NCBI GenBank assembly: GCA_015490835.1
Contig: WFXA01000222.1
Coordinates: forward strand, 1-60,670
From: Flavobacteriaceae bacterium
GTDB taxonomy: Bacteria; Bacteroidota; Bacteroidia; Flavobacteriales; Flavobacteriaceae
Reading direction: 5' to 3'
Length of the DNA stretch: 60,670 bases
This document shows, piece by piece, positions 37,256-48,972 of the stretch. A model generated the notes under the pieces. The model saw only the letters and a program-made list of their open reading frames with translations. It was not told the origin of the DNA and searched no databases. How positions within the stretch are numbered: the first letter of the stretch is position 1; each line of letters begins with the position of its first letter. Both the position numbers and the translations under genes were made by a program.

Positions 37256-39994
37256 ATGGATAAATATTCGTTTCTCAATGCCGTACACCCGGAGTATCTG
37301 GCAGAATTGTATGATAAATACCTTACCTATCCGGATAGTATAGAACCCAGCTGGAGAGCCTTTTTTCAAGGATTTGATTTTGGTATTGAAAACGGCACAC
37401 TAGAAGAATTAGGCATTTCTCAACAAATCCCCGAACGCGTAACCAAAGAGTTTAAAGTAATTAAACTTATTGACGGCTACCGTACTAGAGGGCACTTATT
37501 TACAAAAACCAATCCGGTGCGTGACCGAAGAAAGTACACGCCAACCTTGGATATCGAAAATTTTGGGTTAACCAAAGAAGACTTGCCACTAAAATTTAAA
37601 GCCGGAGAAATTATAGGTATTGGAGAAGCTCCCTTGAAAAAAATAATTTCTCACCTAGAGCGCATTTATTGTGATTCTATTGGGGTTGAATATATGTACA
37701 TCAGACAACCGGAGGTAATTGATTGGATTCAAAATAGATTAAATATAAACGATAATCACCCTCGATTTACTCCCGAACAAAAAATTCACCTCCTCAATAA
37801 ACTAACAGAAGCTGTTGCGTTTGAAAACTTTCTTCACACCAAATATGTTGGGCAAAAGCGTTTTTCACTCGAAGGAGGAGAAAGTTTTATTCCGGCACTG
37901 GATGCGCTTATTGAAAAAGCGGCAAGAAAAGGTGTAAAAGAGTTTGTGATGGGTATGGCACACCGTGGTCGTCTAAGTACTTTAACCAATATTTTTGGGA
38001 AAAGAGCGATGGATATCTTTAGCGAATTTGACGGGAAAGACTATGCCCAAGATATTTTTGATGGAGATGTAAAATATCACTTAGGCTGGACATCAAATCG
38101 CACTACCGATAACAGAAACGACATTCAACTCAACATTGCTCCCAATCCTTCCCATCTAGAAGCCGTAGGTGCTGTGGTAGAGGGAATTAGCAGGGCTAAA
38201 CAAGACAGAAAATACCAACCGGACGCCAAAAAAGTGCTTCCTATTGTTGTGCATGGTGATGCCGCTATTGCAGGGCAAGGTGTCGTTTACGAAGTAATAC
38301 AAATGGCTCAATTAGACGGTTATAAAACCGGAGGAACCATTCATATTGTGATTAATAATCAAATAGGCTTTACTACAAATTACCTAGATGGCAGATCCTC
38401 TACTTATTGCACAGATGTAGGAAAGGTAACTCTCTCTCCGGTACTTCACGTTAATGCCGATGATGTTGAAGCAGTCGTACACGCTATGTTTTTTGCATTG
38501 GATTTTAGAATGGAATTTGGAAAAGATGTATTTATTGATTTATTAGGCTACCGAAAATATGGTCATAACGAAGGAGATGAACCACGCTTTACCCAACCCA
38601 AACTCTACAAAGCAATTGCAAAACATCCTAATCCCCGTGACATCTATGCCGAAAAACTGATTAAAGAAGGTATTATTGATAAGAAACTTGTCAAACAGTT
38701 GGAAGAAAAATACAAGAACAAACTGGAAGAAAATCTCGAAGATTCCCGCAAACAATCCAATACCGTCATTACCGAAATAATGAAAGACGAGTGGGAAGGG
38801 TTTCAGTTTGGCAATAAAGAAGATATGCTTCAAGAAATAGACACTTCTTTTGATATAAAAGAATTGGATAAAATAGCTGAAGCAATAACTCAACTTCCAC
38901 AAGACAAGAAATTCCTTAGAAAAATTGTTCGCCTTATTGAAGCACGTAAAAAAATGTATTTTGAAACCAACGCATTAGACTGGGCAATGGGTGAAATGCT
39001 AGCTTACGGCACACTTCTCAAAGAAGGATTTGATGTAAGAATTAGCGGACAAGATGTAGAACGAGGAACTTTTTCGCATCGCCACGCCGTTATTAAAGCA
39101 GAAGAAAGCGAAGAAGAAATCATTTTGCTTAATAAACTAAAAAATCAAAAAGGGAAATTTTATATTTATAACTCGTTGCTGTCTGAATATGGAGTCGTTG
39201 GGTTTGAATATGGGTACGCAATGGCAAGCCCCAAAACCCTCACTATTTGGGAAGCGCAATTTGGAGATTTTAGCAACGGAGCACAAATCATGCTCGATCA
39301 ATACATTTCTGCAGCAGAAGACAAATGGAAATTGCAAAACGGTCTGGTTATGCTTCTTCCTCACGGGTACGAAGGTCAAGGAGCCGAACATTCTTCGGCT
39401 CGTATCGAACGTTACCTTCAACTTTGCGCCAGAGATAATATGTTTGTTGCCAATTGTAGCACACCGGCAAATATGTACCATATTTTACGCCGTCAAATGA
39501 AAGTAAATTACCGTAAACCGCTTATTGTTTTTACACCAAAAAGCTTGCTACGACACCCCAAAGTTGTTTCTTCAAAAGAAGAGTTTGCCAACGGCAGTTT
39601 TAAAATGCTTATGGATGATAATACCATCAAACCCGAAAAAGTAAAATCATTAGTATTTGTTTCGGGAAAATTTTATTACGATTTACTCGAAAAAAGACTA
39701 GAACTCAAACGAAATGATGTTGCATTGGTACGTTTAGAACAACTATTCCCTTTGCCAAAAGATCAAATTAGAGCACTAATTGCCAAATACAAAAATGCAA
39801 ACGATGTGGTTTGGGCGCAAGAAGAACCCAGAAATATGGGAGCTTATTCACATTTATTATTGCACTTAGAAGAAGCAAAAAACTTTAGAGTATGTAGCAG
39901 AAGATTGTATTCTGCTCCTGCATCCGGAAGTGCGTTACGCTCAAAAAGAAGACACGACAAAGTAATAGAAAGTGTATTTAATAAACCAACATAA
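37256..39994 (+). CDS. sucA: 2-oxoglutarate dehydrogenase E1
   Basis: [66 protein letters not shown]. Confidence 0.98.
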   Translation: MDKYSFLNAVHPEYLAELYDKYLTYPDSIEPSWRAFFQGFDFGIENGTLEELGISQQIPERVTKEFKVIKLIDGYRTRGHLFTKTNPVRDRRKYTPTLDIENFGLTKEDLPLKFKAGEIIGIGEAPLKKIISHLERIYCDSIGVEYMYIRQPEVIDWIQNRLNINDNHPRFTPEQKIHLLNKLTEAVAFENFLHTKYVGQKRFSLEGGESFIPALDALIEKAARKGVKEFVMGMAHRGRLSTLTNIFGKRAMDIFSEFDGKDYAQDIFDGDVKYHLGWTSNRTTDNRNDIQLNIAPNPSHLEAVGAVVEGISRAKQDRKYQPDAKKVLPIVVHGDAAIAGQGVVYEVIQMAQLDGYKTGGTIHIVINNQIGFTTNYLDGRSSTYCTDVGKVTLSPVLHVNADDVEAVVHAMFFALDFRMEFGKDVFIDLLGYRKYGHNEGDEPRFTQPKLYKAIAKHPNPRDIYAEKLIKEGIIDKKLVKQLEEKYKNKLEENLEDSRKQSNTVITEIMKDEWEGFQFGNKEDMLQEIDTSFDIKELDKIAEAITQLPQDKKFLRKIVRLIEARKKMYFETNALDWAMGEMLAYGTLLKEGFDVRISGQDVERGTFSHRHAVIKAEESEEEIILLNKLKNQKGKFYIYNSLLSEYGVVGFEYGYAMASPKTLTIWEAQFGDFSNGAQIMLDQYISAAEDKWKLQNGLVMLLPHGYEGQGAEHSSARIERYLQLCARDNMFVANCSTPANMYHILRRQMKVNYRKPLIVFTPKSLLRHPKVVSSKEEFANGSFKMLMDDNTIKPEKVKSLVFVSGKFYYDLLEKRLELKRNDVALVRLEQLFPLPKDQIRALIAKYKNANDVVWAQEEPRNMGAYSHLLLHLEEAKNFRVCSRRLYSAPASGSALRSKRRHDKVIESVFNKPT

Positions 39995-40019
39995 ATCAAA
40001 GAAAAGAAAATATAACGAT

Positions 40020-41231
40020 ATGACTTTAGAAATGAAAGTTCCCTCACCGGGAGAGTCCATCACCGAAGTAGAAATAGCACAATGGCTGGTAGAAGATGGC
40101 GATTGGGTAGAAAAAGACCAACCCATTGCCGAAGTAGATAGCGACAAAGCTACGCTTGAATTACCGGCTGAAGAAAGCGGTGTTATTACACTTAAAGCAG
40201 AAGAAGGTGACGTGGTTGCTGTGGGTGACGTAGTTTGTCTTATCGACACCGAAGCAAAAAAACCCGAAAGTGTTTTAACAAAAGAAACGACTAAACTCGA
40301 TTCTGAAAACCCAAAACAAGAAGCACCCAAACAAGAATCGGAAAAACAAAATTATGCAACCGGAACTCCATCGCCTGCCGCACGAAAAATTATTGAAGAA
40401 AAAAAATTAGACGTTTCTCAAATAAAAGGAACCGGTAAAGACGGTAGAATCACTAAAGCAGATGCGCTTAATGCAACGCCTTCTATGGGAACCCCCGGAA
40501 CAGGAAAACGAACTTCTACTCGCAAAAAACTATCTATGCTACGACGTAAAGTAGCCGAAAGATTGGTAGCTGCCAAAAACCAAACAGCCATGCTTACCAC
40601 GTTTAACGAGGTAAATATGCAACCCATTTTTGATATTAGAAAACAATACAAAGAAACCTTTAAAGAAAAACACGGTGTTAGTCTTGGCTTTATGTCATTT
40701 TTCACAAAAGCTGTGGTAAGAGCATTAGACTTATATCCCGATGTTAACTCGATGATAGACGGCGATTATAAAATAACCTACGACTTTAAAGATATTTCTA
40801 TTGCAGTTTCTGGACCCAAAGGATTAATGGTACCGGTAATTAGAAACGCAGAAAATCTAAGTTTTAGAGGCGTAGAAAGCGAAGTAAAGCGTTTGGCAGT
40901 ACGTGCAAGAGACGGACAGATTACGGTAGATGAAATGACCGGCGGAACCTTTACCATTTCTAATGGAGGCGTTTTTGGTAGTATGCTATCCACTCCTATT
41001 ATCAATCCCCCGCAAAGTGGTATTCTCGGAATGCATAATATTGTGGAGCGTCCTGTGGCAATAAACGGAAAAGTTGAAATTAAACCCATTATGTATGTCG
41101 CTTTGTCTTATGACCACCGAATTATCGACGGGCGTGAATCTGTTGGATTTCTTGTAGCTGTAAAAGAAGCTCTTGAAAATCCGGTAGAATTATTAATGAA
41201 CGGCGATATTAAAAAAGCCTTAGAACTCTAA
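40020..41231 (+). CDS. sucB: Dihydrolipoamide succinyltransferase E2
   Basis: Lipoyl motif DSDKA, E3-binding [10 protein letters not shown], catalytic DHRIIDG. Start moved to ATG 40020. Confidence 0.97.
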   Translation: MTLEMKVPSPGESITEVEIAQWLVEDGDWVEKDQPIAEVDSDKATLELPAEESGVITLKAEEGDVVAVGDVVCLIDTEAKKPESVLTKETTKLDSENPKQEAPKQESEKQNYATGTPSPAARKIIEEKKLDVSQIKGTGKDGRITKADALNATPSMGTPGTGKRTSTRKKLSMLRRKVAERLVAAKNQTAMLTTFNEVNMQPIFDIRKQYKETFKEKHGVSLGFMSFFTKAVVRALDLYPDVNSMIDGDYKITYDFKDISIAVSGPKGLMVPVIRNAENLSFRGVESEVKRLAVRARDGQITVDEMTGGTFTISNGGVFGSMLSTPIINPPQSGILGMHNIVERPVAINGKVEIKPIMYVALSYDHRIIDGRESVGFLVAVKEALENPVELLMNGDIKKALEL

Positions 41232-41250
41232 GAGATTTTTTTGAAAACTA

Positions 41251-41290
41251 AATTTGATTTCAATTTTTAATTGATAATTGAAAACAAATT
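41251..41290 (+). terminator. AT-rich inverted repeat after sucB; possible terminator
   Basis: AATTTGATTTCAATT...AATTGAAAACAAATT, 15 bp with one mismatch; weak stem and no clear T tail. Confidence 0.35.
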
Positions 41291-41311
41291 CGTTCTAAAA
41301 ACTTTTGTTAA

Positions 41312-42286
41312 ATGAAACGAATCGTAACCGTCGATGATTTCTTAGATGCCTATTTAAAAAGCAAGCAAAGAGGGTTGCGTTTTTTAGTATCAAAATTTAC
41401 GTTTTCAAAAAAAAACAGAACGGTAAGCGCATTTAATGAAACCGCCCATTTAAGTTCAAATTGGTGGACTATTCCTTATGTTACGCAACGCTGGAACCGC
41501 CTAATAACCGGTGACAAATCAATTGATTACCGAAATTTTTTGGTTCAAGAAGTTTTAAAAAACAAAAAAGACGTAAAACTACTTTCACTTGGCACAGGAA
41601 CGTGTAGCAACGAAATTGCATTAGCAAAAAATAAAGTGTTTGGTAACATAACCTGTGTTGACCTTACCCAATATAGGCTTTCGCAAGCAAAAAAAAATGC
41701 TGCTAATGAAGGATTAAACAACCTAACGTTTATTTGTTCGGATATAGAAAATTATTCATTTCCCGAAAACCATTTTGATGTTGTCTTATTTAATTCTTCT
41801 TTACACCATTTTAAGAATGTTGACCAATTACTATCAACAAAAATCAATAAATGCCTAAAAGATTCAGGATTACTCGTTGTTAATGAATATGTAGGACCTA
41901 CCAGACTACAATTTCCAAAAAATCAGTTAAAAGAAATTAATCGGGCACTTAAAATAATTCCTAAAAAATATAGGCAGCGATATAAAACAACGCTTACAAA
42001 AAATTTCTTTACCGGACCCGGATTGCTGAGAATGATACTAGCAGACCCTTCAGAATGTATTGATTCAAGTAGTATCTTGCCTGCAATTCACACACATTTT
42101 AAAACGGTGATAGAGAAACCGTATGGAGGAAATATAATTATGAATGTTTTAAAAGATATTTCTCATCATTTTATTGAACTTAACGACGAAAAAAAGGCAA
42201 TTCTCGACGAACTTTTCCGTTTTGAAGACAATTATTTAAAAAATAATGACTCGGATTTTGTTTTTGGCGTTTATAAAAAACAGTAA
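41312..42286 (+). CDS. Class I SAM-dependent methyltransferase
   Basis: LLSLGTGTC motif I, CVD, FDVVLFNSSLHH, GLLVVNEYVGP. Confidence 0.88.
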   Translation: MKRIVTVDDFLDAYLKSKQRGLRFLVSKFTFSKKNRTVSAFNETAHLSSNWWTIPYVTQRWNRLITGDKSIDYRNFLVQEVLKNKKDVKLLSLGTGTCSNEIALAKNKVFGNITCVDLTQYRLSQAKKNAANEGLNNLTFICSDIENYSFPENHFDVVLFNSSLHHFKNVDQLLSTKINKCLKDSGLLVVNEYVGPTRLQFPKNQLKEINRALKIIPKKYRQRYKTTLTKNFFTGPGLLRMILADPSECIDSSSILPAIHTHFKTVIEKPYGGNIIMNVLKDISHHFIELNDEKKAILDELFRFEDNYLKNNDSDFVFGVYKKQ

Positions 42287-42377
42287 TATCAAAAGGAATT
42301 ATTTTTTTTCTGTATCTTACAAACACCTAAAATAATAAAAGGGTTCTCTCGTGTAAGCTAATTACCGGTTTAAATTT

Positions 42378-43175
42378 ATGAAGCAAAAACACCCTAACGT
42401 ATCGGCAAAAAAACACCTTGGTCAACATTTTTTAAAGGATAAAAATATTGCCCGAAAAATAGCAAACACCTTAACCTTAAGCTCCTATAAAAATGTTTTG
42501 GAAATAGGTCCCGGAATGGGCGTGCTTACTCAATTTATTTTGGAAAAAAACTTAAATGTTTCAGTAATGGAAATCGATACCGAATCGGTTGTCTATTTAG
42601 AAACACATTTTAACCCCTCCTTGCTTCAAATTATTCCTGCCGATTTTTTAAAATACAATTTAGATTTGGTTTTTCCCAACCAACCTTTTGCCATAACCGG
42701 TAACTTTCCGTATAACATTTCTACACAAATTGTTTTTAAAACATTAGAAAATCGACATCGAATCCCTGAGTTTACCGGTATGTTTCAAAAAGAAGTCGCT
42801 CAGCGTATTTGCCAAAAAGAAGGAAGTAAAACCTACGGAATTTTATCGGTTTTAACCCAAGCATTTTACAAGGCAGAATATCTTTTTACGGTGCCTCCTA
42901 CGGTTTTTAATCCGCCGCCAAAAGTAGATAGCGGAGTTATTAGGCTGCAACGAAAAGAGGATTTTTTTCTTCCGTGTGATGAAAAATTATTTTTTAAGGT
43001 AGTAAAAACCGCTTTTGGTCAACGAAGAAAAACACTTAGAAATAGTTTAAAAACTTTCAATCTTCCCGATAAATTAAAAGAAGATAGTATCTTTGGGCTT
43101 CGTCCCGAACAACTATCGGTCGAGCAGTTTATTAATTTGACCAAAAAAATTGAAAACCAATGCAGTTTCAATTAA
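42378..43175 (+). CDS. rsmA: 16S rRNA A1518/A1519 dimethyltransferase (KsgA)
   Basis: [46 protein letters not shown]. Confidence 0.97.
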   Translation: MKQKHPNVSAKKHLGQHFLKDKNIARKIANTLTLSSYKNVLEIGPGMGVLTQFILEKNLNVSVMEIDTESVVYLETHFNPSLLQIIPADFLKYNLDLVFPNQPFAITGNFPYNISTQIVFKTLENRHRIPEFTGMFQKEVAQRICQKEGSKTYGILSVLTQAFYKAEYLFTVPPTVFNPPPKVDSGVIRLQRKEDFFLPCDEKLFFKVVKTAFGQRRKTLRNSLKTFNLPDKLKEDSIFGLRPEQLSVEQFINLTKKIENQCSFN

Positions 43176-44515
43176 CAAAAGATTTTTTACAACAGGTTGA
43201 AGAGCTCATTTCTAAAAAAGACGGAAGAGGGTTAAAAAACCTTTTGCATGACCTTCACTTCGCCGATATTGCCGAAATACTTGAAGATTTAAAACCCGAT
43301 GATGCAACGTATTTAATAAAATTATTAGAAAGCGATATTACTTCCGAAGCATTAATGGAAGTAGATGAAGATGTTAGGGAAAAGATTTTTGAAAAACTTT
43401 CGCCCAAAGAAATTGCCAAAGAAATTGAAGAAATGGACACCGATGACGCTGCCGACGTAGTAGCCGAACTCGATGAACATATTCAAAAAGAGGTAATTAA
43501 GAAAATTGAAGACAAAGACCATGTAGAAGATATTGTCGAGCTACTTAATTATCCCGAAGATTCTGCAGGTAGTTTTATGGCAAAAGAACTGGTAAAAGTA
43601 AAAGATACTTGGACGGTTGCCGGATGCGTTAGAGAAATGCGAAGACAAGCAAAAAATGTTACCCGCGTACACTCGGTTTATGTAGTAGATAAAGACGAAA
43701 AACTTTTGGGAAGACTCTCGCTTAAAGACCTTTTAACAGCCGACGAAAAAGCCAAAATAAAAGATATTTACATCCCAAAAGTAGATTACGTAACGGTTTA
43801 TACAGATATTGAAGAAGTAGCTCGTATTATGCAAAAATACGATTTGGGAGCCATCCCCGTAGTAGATGAAAATGGCGTATTAGTTGGGCGTATTACCATA
43901 GACGATATTGTAGATTATATTAAAGAAGAAGCCGAAAAAGATTACCAACTTGCTGCCGGTATTACCGATGACGTAGAAGCCGATGATACTATCTGGGAAC
44001 TCATGCGTGCTCGTTTACCTTGGTTATTTCTTGGACTGTTAGGAAGTTTATGCAGCGTGTATATTTTAAAAAGTTTTGGTAACGGAGGAGCACTTTCTGC
44101 CTACCCGCAACTATTTTTCTTTACCCCATTAATTGCTGCGGTTGCCGGAAATGTAGGCGTTCAATCCAGTGCCATCATTGTACAAGGTTTGGCAAACGGA
44201 ACCGTAAGAGGTAGTGTAATAAAACGATTGTTAAAAGAAGTAGGGCTTAACTTAGTTAACGGGCTGTTTTTAGGTTCTATTGTCTTGCTGTTTAATATCT
44301 CTTTAGGGTATGCTATTCTGGTAAGTCTCTCCATCGCAATTTCTATGCTTGCTGTTATTATAATTGCCTCGTTAATAGGTACTTTTGTTCCGTTATTTCT
44401 CGAAAAAAAAGGGATAGACCCTGCCATTGCAACAGGACCTTTTATTACTACCAGTAACGATATTCTGGGAGTGTTAATTTTCTTTACTATCGCACAGTTA
44501 ATTTTAGGATTTTGA
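43160..44515 (+). CDS. mgtE: Magnesium transporter MgtE
   Basis: N-domain, CBS pair, [31 protein letters not shown]. Confidence 0.96.
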   Translation: MQFQLTKDFLQQVEELISKKDGRGLKNLLHDLHFADIAEILEDLKPDDATYLIKLLESDITSEALMEVDEDVREKIFEKLSPKEIAKEIEEMDTDDAADVVAELDEHIQKEVIKKIEDKDHVEDIVELLNYPEDSAGSFMAKELVKVKDTWTVAGCVREMRRQAKNVTRVHSVYVVDKDEKLLGRLSLKDLLTADEKAKIKDIYIPKVDYVTVYTDIEEVARIMQKYDLGAIPVVDENGVLVGRITIDDIVDYIKEEAEKDYQLAAGITDDVEADDTIWELMRARLPWLFLGLLGSLCSVYILKSFGNGGALSAYPQLFFFTPLIAAVAGNVGVQSSAIIVQGLANGTVRGSVIKRLLKEVGLNLVNGLFLGSIVLLFNISLGYAILVSLSIAISMLAVIIIASLIGTFVPLFLEKKGIDPAIATGPFITTSNDILGVLIFFTIAQLILGF

Positions 44516-44907
44516 AAAACAATACCTTTATTCAAAAAATAACCGTTCAACCCAAACATATTGATGATTTAGATCACGTAAACAATCTAATCTATTTACA
44601 ATGGTGTCTAGATGCTGCTAAAGCTCATTGGATTAGTAAAACTACTCCCGAACAACGACAAAAACATGTTTGGGTTGTCTTAGAACACATCATTTCATAT
44701 AAATCTCCTGCATTTTTAGGACAGAAACTAACGCTAAAAACTTGGGTGCAAAAATGCGAAAGGGTTAAAAGTTTTCGCAACTACCAAATTAGTAATGCTA
44801 AAACCAACAAACTACTGATAGAAGCCCAAACTATTTGGTGTTTGTTACATACTGAAAGTAAAAAACCCGCTAAAATTACCAAAGAAATTCGTAACTTGTT
44901 TAACTAA
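44512..44907 (+). CDS. Acyl-CoA thioesterase (4HBT/hotdog fold)
   Basis: HIDDLDHVNNLIYLQW motif; TTG start overlapping the mgtE stop. Confidence 0.88.
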   Translation: MKNNTFIQKITVQPKHIDDLDHVNNLIYLQWCLDAAKAHWISKTTPEQRQKHVWVVLEHIISYKSPAFLGQKLTLKTWVQKCERVKSFRNYQISNAKTNKLLIEAQTIWCLLHTESKKPAKITKEIRNLFN

Positions 44908-44918
44908 ATCAAGTAGTT

Positions 44919-45857
44919 GTGAAAATCCTTCATCTCGATAAAAACCATCCTATAATGCTTCAACAATTAGCGGAAGCCGGGTTTTTTAATGATGAAAATT
45001 ACACCGCTTCAAAATCAGAAATCGAGAAAATCATTTCAAAGTATGACGGCATTGTGATTCGTAGCAGGTTTAAAATCGACAAATCCTTTATTGATAATGC
45101 CAAAAACCTAAAGTTTATTGCTCGTGTAGGTGCCGGACTGGAAAGCATTGATACAGAATATGCAAAACAAAAAGGAATTTACCTAATTTCTGCTCCCGAA
45201 GGAAACCGTAATGCCGTAGGCGAACACACCTTAGGAATGATACTTTCTTTGTTTAACAAACTCAATAAAGCCGATAAGGAGGTTAAACAAGGGCTTTGGA
45301 AACGGGAAGATAACAGAGGAATAGAACTAGATGGTAAAACTGTAGGAATAATAGGCTATGGTAATATGGGAAAAGCATTTGCTAAAAAGCTACAAGGATT
45401 TGATACGAAAGTAATTTGCTATGATATAAAAGAAAATATAGGCGATAAAAACGCAAAGCAAGTATCGTTACGCGAGTTGCAAGCACAAACAGATGTACTA
45501 AGTTTGCACACACCTTGGACACCGCTTACGCATAAAATGGTAAACAAGGCGTTTATTGATGCTTTTTTAAAACCCTTTTGGTTGTTTAACACCGGTAGAG
45601 GAAAAAGTGTGGTTACAAAAGATCTGGTAGAAGCCCTTAAAAACGGAAAAATTTTAGGAGCCGGATTAGATGTAATGGAATACGAAAAAAGCTCGTTTGA
45701 ATCGCTTTTTTCTTCGAAACTACCCAAAGAATTTTCAGAATTGCTACAATTTAATAATGTTTTATTAACACCACACGTTGCAGGATGGACGGTTGAAAGC
45801 AAACAAAAATTAGCACAAGTAATAGCAACAAAAATCATTAAAAATTTCAAGTCTTGA
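44919..45857 (+). CDS. D-2-hydroxyacid dehydrogenase (SerA-like)
   Basis: ARVGAG, GIIGYGNMG, NTGRG, GLDVMEYE, LTPHVAG. Confidence 0.9.
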   Translation: MKILHLDKNHPIMLQQLAEAGFFNDENYTASKSEIEKIISKYDGIVIRSRFKIDKSFIDNAKNLKFIARVGAGLESIDTEYAKQKGIYLISAPEGNRNAVGEHTLGMILSLFNKLNKADKEVKQGLWKREDNRGIELDGKTVGIIGYGNMGKAFAKKLQGFDTKVICYDIKENIGDKNAKQVSLRELQAQTDVLSLHTPWTPLTHKMVNKAFIDAFLKPFWLFNTGRGKSVVTKDLVEALKNGKILGAGLDVMEYEKSSFESLFSSKLPKEFSELLQFNNVLLTPHVAGWTVESKQKLAQVIATKIIKNFKS

Positions 45858-46050
45858 AAAAACGAATACCCGGAATAGAAGAGCTTTTTTTTAAAATCAT
45901 TGCTGGATAAATAGTAGAGTTTGATTATGGTAAGTTTGCTTGGATAATAGACCCCGAAGGAAATAAAATTGAACTTTGGGAACCAATAGATAGTGCATTT
46001 TTATAATTTTTACTAATTTTACAGAATCAACATATAAAATTATTACAACC

Positions 46051-46395
46051 ATGAGTGACGAAAACAACAACAATAACCCAAAAGAAACCGTTGAAAATCT
46101 TAAAGAAGAAGCAAAAAGTACGGTTAACGAAATAAAAGAAGGTTGGAACGAAGTAACCAACAGCGGCGAAAATAAAAAAGTCCTAGCCGGAATTTTAGGA
46201 ATATTATTAGGTGGATTTGGAATTCATAAGTTTTATCTAGGTTATAACAAAGAAGGGCTTATTCAATTAGTTTTAACCTTTATAACTTGTGGAGCGGCAA
46301 GTATTGTAGGCTTAATAGAAGGTATTATCTATCTTACAAAAAGCGATGATGAGTTTTATCAAACGTATCAAGTAGGTAAAAAACCTTGGTTCTAA
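46051..46395 (+). CDS. TM2 domain membrane protein
   Basis: LAGILGILLGGFGIHKFYLG...GLIEGIIYL. Confidence 0.9.
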   Translation: MSDENNNNNPKETVENLKEEAKSTVNEIKEGWNEVTNSGENKKVLAGILGILLGGFGIHKFYLGYNKEGLIQLVLTFITCGAASIVGLIEGIIYLTKSDDEFYQTYQVGKKPWF

Positions 46396-46417
46396 AATTC
46401 AATTCAAATTTATTTTC

Positions 46418-46456
46418 AAAAAAACCTTTGACAAAAACTAATGTCAAAGGTTTTTT
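46418..46456. terminator. Bidirectional intrinsic terminator between the convergent TM2 and gcdH genes
   Basis: AAAAAAACCTTTGACA-loop-TGTCAAAGGTTTTTT, with A and T tails on both sides. Confidence 0.85.
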
Positions 46457-46479
46457 AGTTTATTAAGATTACTTATACT

Positions 46480-47658
46480 TTATTTAAAAGCATTGAGTCC
46501 GGTAATATCGAATCCGGTAATAAGCAAATGAATATCGTGTGTGCCTTCATAGGTAATAACACTTTCCAAATTCATAGCGTGTCGCATAATAGGATACTCT
46601 CCGGTAATTCCCATACCTCCAAGCATTTGACGGGCTTGGTGGGCAATATTTAATGCCATTTCTACATTATTTCTTTTTGCCATAGAAATTTGAGCAGAGG
46701 TAGCTTTGCCTTCATTTCGTAGCACTCCCAAACGCCAAGTTAATAACTGGGCTTTGGTAATTTCGGTAATCATCTCGGCAAGTTTCTTTTGTTGAAGCTG
46801 AAAACCACCAATGGGTTTTCCAAACTGAATACGCTCTTTACTGTAACGCAAAGCCGTGTCGTAACAATCCATTGCAGCACCAATGGCTCCCCAAGCAATA
46901 CCGTATCGAGCAGAATCCAAGCAACCCAAAGGTGCGCCAAGTCCCGATTTATTAGGTAAAAGGTTCTCTTTAGGTACTTTTACATTATCAAATATTAACT
47001 CGCCGGTTGCAGATGCTCGTAACGACCATTTATTGTGTGTTTCGGGAGTAGAGAAACCTTCCATTCCACGTTCAACAATTAATCCCCAAATTCTACCTTC
47101 TTCGTTTTTAGCCCAAACCACAGCAACATCGGCAAAGGGAGCGTTGCTTATCCACATTTTGGCTCCATTAAGTAAATAATGGTCGCCCATGTCTTTAAAA
47201 TTGGTAACCATTCCTCCCGGATTAGAACCATAATCGGGTTCGGTAAGACCAAAACATCCTATGTATTCGCCACTGGCTAATTTGGGCAAGTATTTTTTAC
47301 GTTGTTCTTCGTTACCGTATTTCCAAATGGGATACATAACCAAAGAAGATTGTACACTTGCCGTACTTCGTACTCCGCTATCACCACGTTCAATTTCTTG
47401 CATTATTAAACCGTAGGAAATTTGGTCAAGACCTGCACCACCGTATTCAACGGGTATGTAAGGACCAAAAGCACCAATTTCTGCCAATCCTTTTACAATT
47501 TGTTTAGGAAATTCGGCACGTTGAGCATATTCTTCAATAATGGGAGAAACTTCTCGTTTTACCCATTCTCGGGCAGCATCGCGCACTAATTTATGTTCTT
47601 CGGTGAGTAGCTCATCTACATTATAATAATCGGGAGCTTCAAATAAGTCGGGTTTCAT
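46480..47658 (-). CDS. gcdH: Glutaryl-CoA dehydrogenase-type acyl-CoA dehydrogenase
   Basis: SVQSSLVM, GCFGLTEPDYGSNP, KMWISNAP, ARYGIAWGA, TYEGTHDIH. Confidence 0.88.
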   Translation of the reverse strand: MKPDLFEAPDYYNVDELLTEEHKLVRDAAREWVKREVSPIIEEYAQRAEFPKQIVKGLAEIGAFGPYIPVEYGGAGLDQISYGLIMQEIERGDSGVRSTASVQSSLVMYPIWKYGNEEQRKKYLPKLASGEYIGCFGLTEPDYGSNPGGMVTNFKDMGDHYLLNGAKMWISNAPFADVAVVWAKNEEGRIWGLIVERGMEGFSTPETHNKWSLRASATGELIFDNVKVPKENLLPNKSGLGAPLGCLDSARYGIAWGAIGAAMDCYDTALRYSKERIQFGKPIGGFQLQQKKLAEMITEITKAQLLTWRLGVLRNEGKATSAQISMAKRNNVEMALNIAHQARQMLGGMGITGEYPIMRHAMNLESVITYEGTHDIHLLITGFDITGLNAFK

Positions 47659-47704
47659 AAAATTTAATTTAGACTACAAATGTAAAAATCGAAATGGGAT
47701 TGTC

Positions 47705-48421
47705 CTACATTTTTAGGTAAAAATCGGCAACTAGCTTTTTATATTCATCGGTGTATTTATGCCTTTCTATTTCTATCGTTACTATTTCAGTTTCAGGTGT
47801 CTTTTCTTGAAAAGAAAATTGAAGCAACGAACGTTTAACAGACGATTTAGGACTTCCTTTTACGTGGCATTTTCGGTTTATATACAATTGATATGAAGAG
47901 GCAATTTGTATAAATTTTTCTTCTTCAGCATAAGGGATAATCGTGCTAAAGCTTCCTTTTTTATCCAACAACTTTGCAACGCTATACAACAAGTGGCTAA
48001 AGGGCAGTGCTTCTTGAAAACGAGCCGTTTTTCGAGCCTGATTTTCAGGTTTGTATGCATCAGAATAAAATGGGGGATTAGAAACAATAAGGTCATAAGA
48101 CGCTTCATCCCATTCTTGTGCAAACTCAATGAGAGATGCATGGTAACAGAATAATCTATCGTTCCAAGGAGAGTTTTCAAAATTTTCTACACATTGTTCA
48201 TAGGCATTGTTATCAATCTCAACCGCATCAATGAGTTGGGCTTGGCTGCGTTGTGCCATCTGAAGTGCAATTATGCCGGTTCCGGCTCCAATATCTAAGA
48301 TAGTATTAGGTTTGTTTTTTAAGGATGTCCAAGCACCTAACAAAACACCATCGGTACCAATTTTCATGGCGCAGCGATCTTGATTAACGGTAAATTGTTT
48401 AAATTGAAAAGATTTTGCCAT
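47705..48421 (-). CDS. tRNA1(Val) adenine(37)-N6 methyltransferase (YfiC-type)
   Basis: FQFKQF...AMKIGTDGVLLGAW, LDIGAGTG, SNPPF. Confidence 0.92.
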   Translation of the reverse strand: MAKSFQFKQFTVNQDRCAMKIGTDGVLLGAWTSLKNKPNTILDIGAGTGIIALQMAQRSQAQLIDAVEIDNNAYEQCVENFENSPWNDRLFCYHASLIEFAQEWDEASYDLIVSNPPFYSDAYKPENQARKTARFQEALPFSHLLYSVAKLLDKKGSFSTIIPYAEEEKFIQIASSYQLYINRKCHVKGSPKSSVKRSLLQFSFQEKTPETEIVTIEIERHKYTDEYKKLVADFYLKM

Positions 48422-48437
48422 AATCTTGGAAATAGAA

Positions 48438-48962
48438 TTAAAGATATAATTCTATTAATCCTTCTGGAGTATCTAACAGAATGGTTTTATTTTTTCTATC
48501 TACTTCCTTTATAAAATCATCTAAGATAGGAATTAATACTTGCGTCCCGTTGTTATCAATTTCAAAAAGGGCTTGAGCAGTACTATCGTTTACTCCGGAA
48601 ATGGTTCCCACTTCTCCAAAACGGGAATCGATTACGGTAAACCCAATAATTTCGTGGTAATAAAATTGATTTCCGGTGAGCTTGGGTAGTAATTCTAACG
48701 GAAGGTATAAATGGGCTCCCAATAGGGTGTCTGCATCCTCATCTGTAGAAACATCTTCAAACTTAACACGAAGCAGTGTGGATTTATGAAGAACACTTTT
48801 TTCAATAAAAAATGGAATCAACTTTTTGTTTATTTCAACAAAAACCGATTCCATTCCTTCGTAAATTTCAGGGGCGTCTGTATCTAATTTGATGAGTAGT
48901 TCCCCTTTAAAACTATATTTTTTCACCACTTTGCCCAAGTAGAAACAATTCTCCTTTTGCAT
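48438..48962 (-). CDS. rimM: 16S rRNA processing factor RimM
   Basis: LGKV...GEL, FYYHEIIG, VLIP, PEGLIELY; follows rpsP. Start moved to ATG 48962. Confidence 0.95.
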   Translation of the reverse strand: MQKENCFYLGKVVKKYSFKGELLIKLDTDAPEIYEGMESVFVEINKKLIPFFIEKSVLHKSTLLRVKFEDVSTDEDADTLLGAHLYLPLELLPKLTGNQFYYHEIIGFTVIDSRFGEVGTISGVNDSTAQALFEIDNNGTQVLIPILDDFIKEVDRKNKTILLDTPEGLIELYL

Positions 48963-48972
48963 GGTGATTTTT

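Noticed and set aside
32523-42308. Identical 18-mer AAAAGGAATTATTTTTTT at 32523-32540 and 42291-42308, each shortly after a stop codon
   Set aside because: Low-complexity A/T sequence; plausible by chance in 60 kb of AT-rich DNA and it does not bracket a coherent element.
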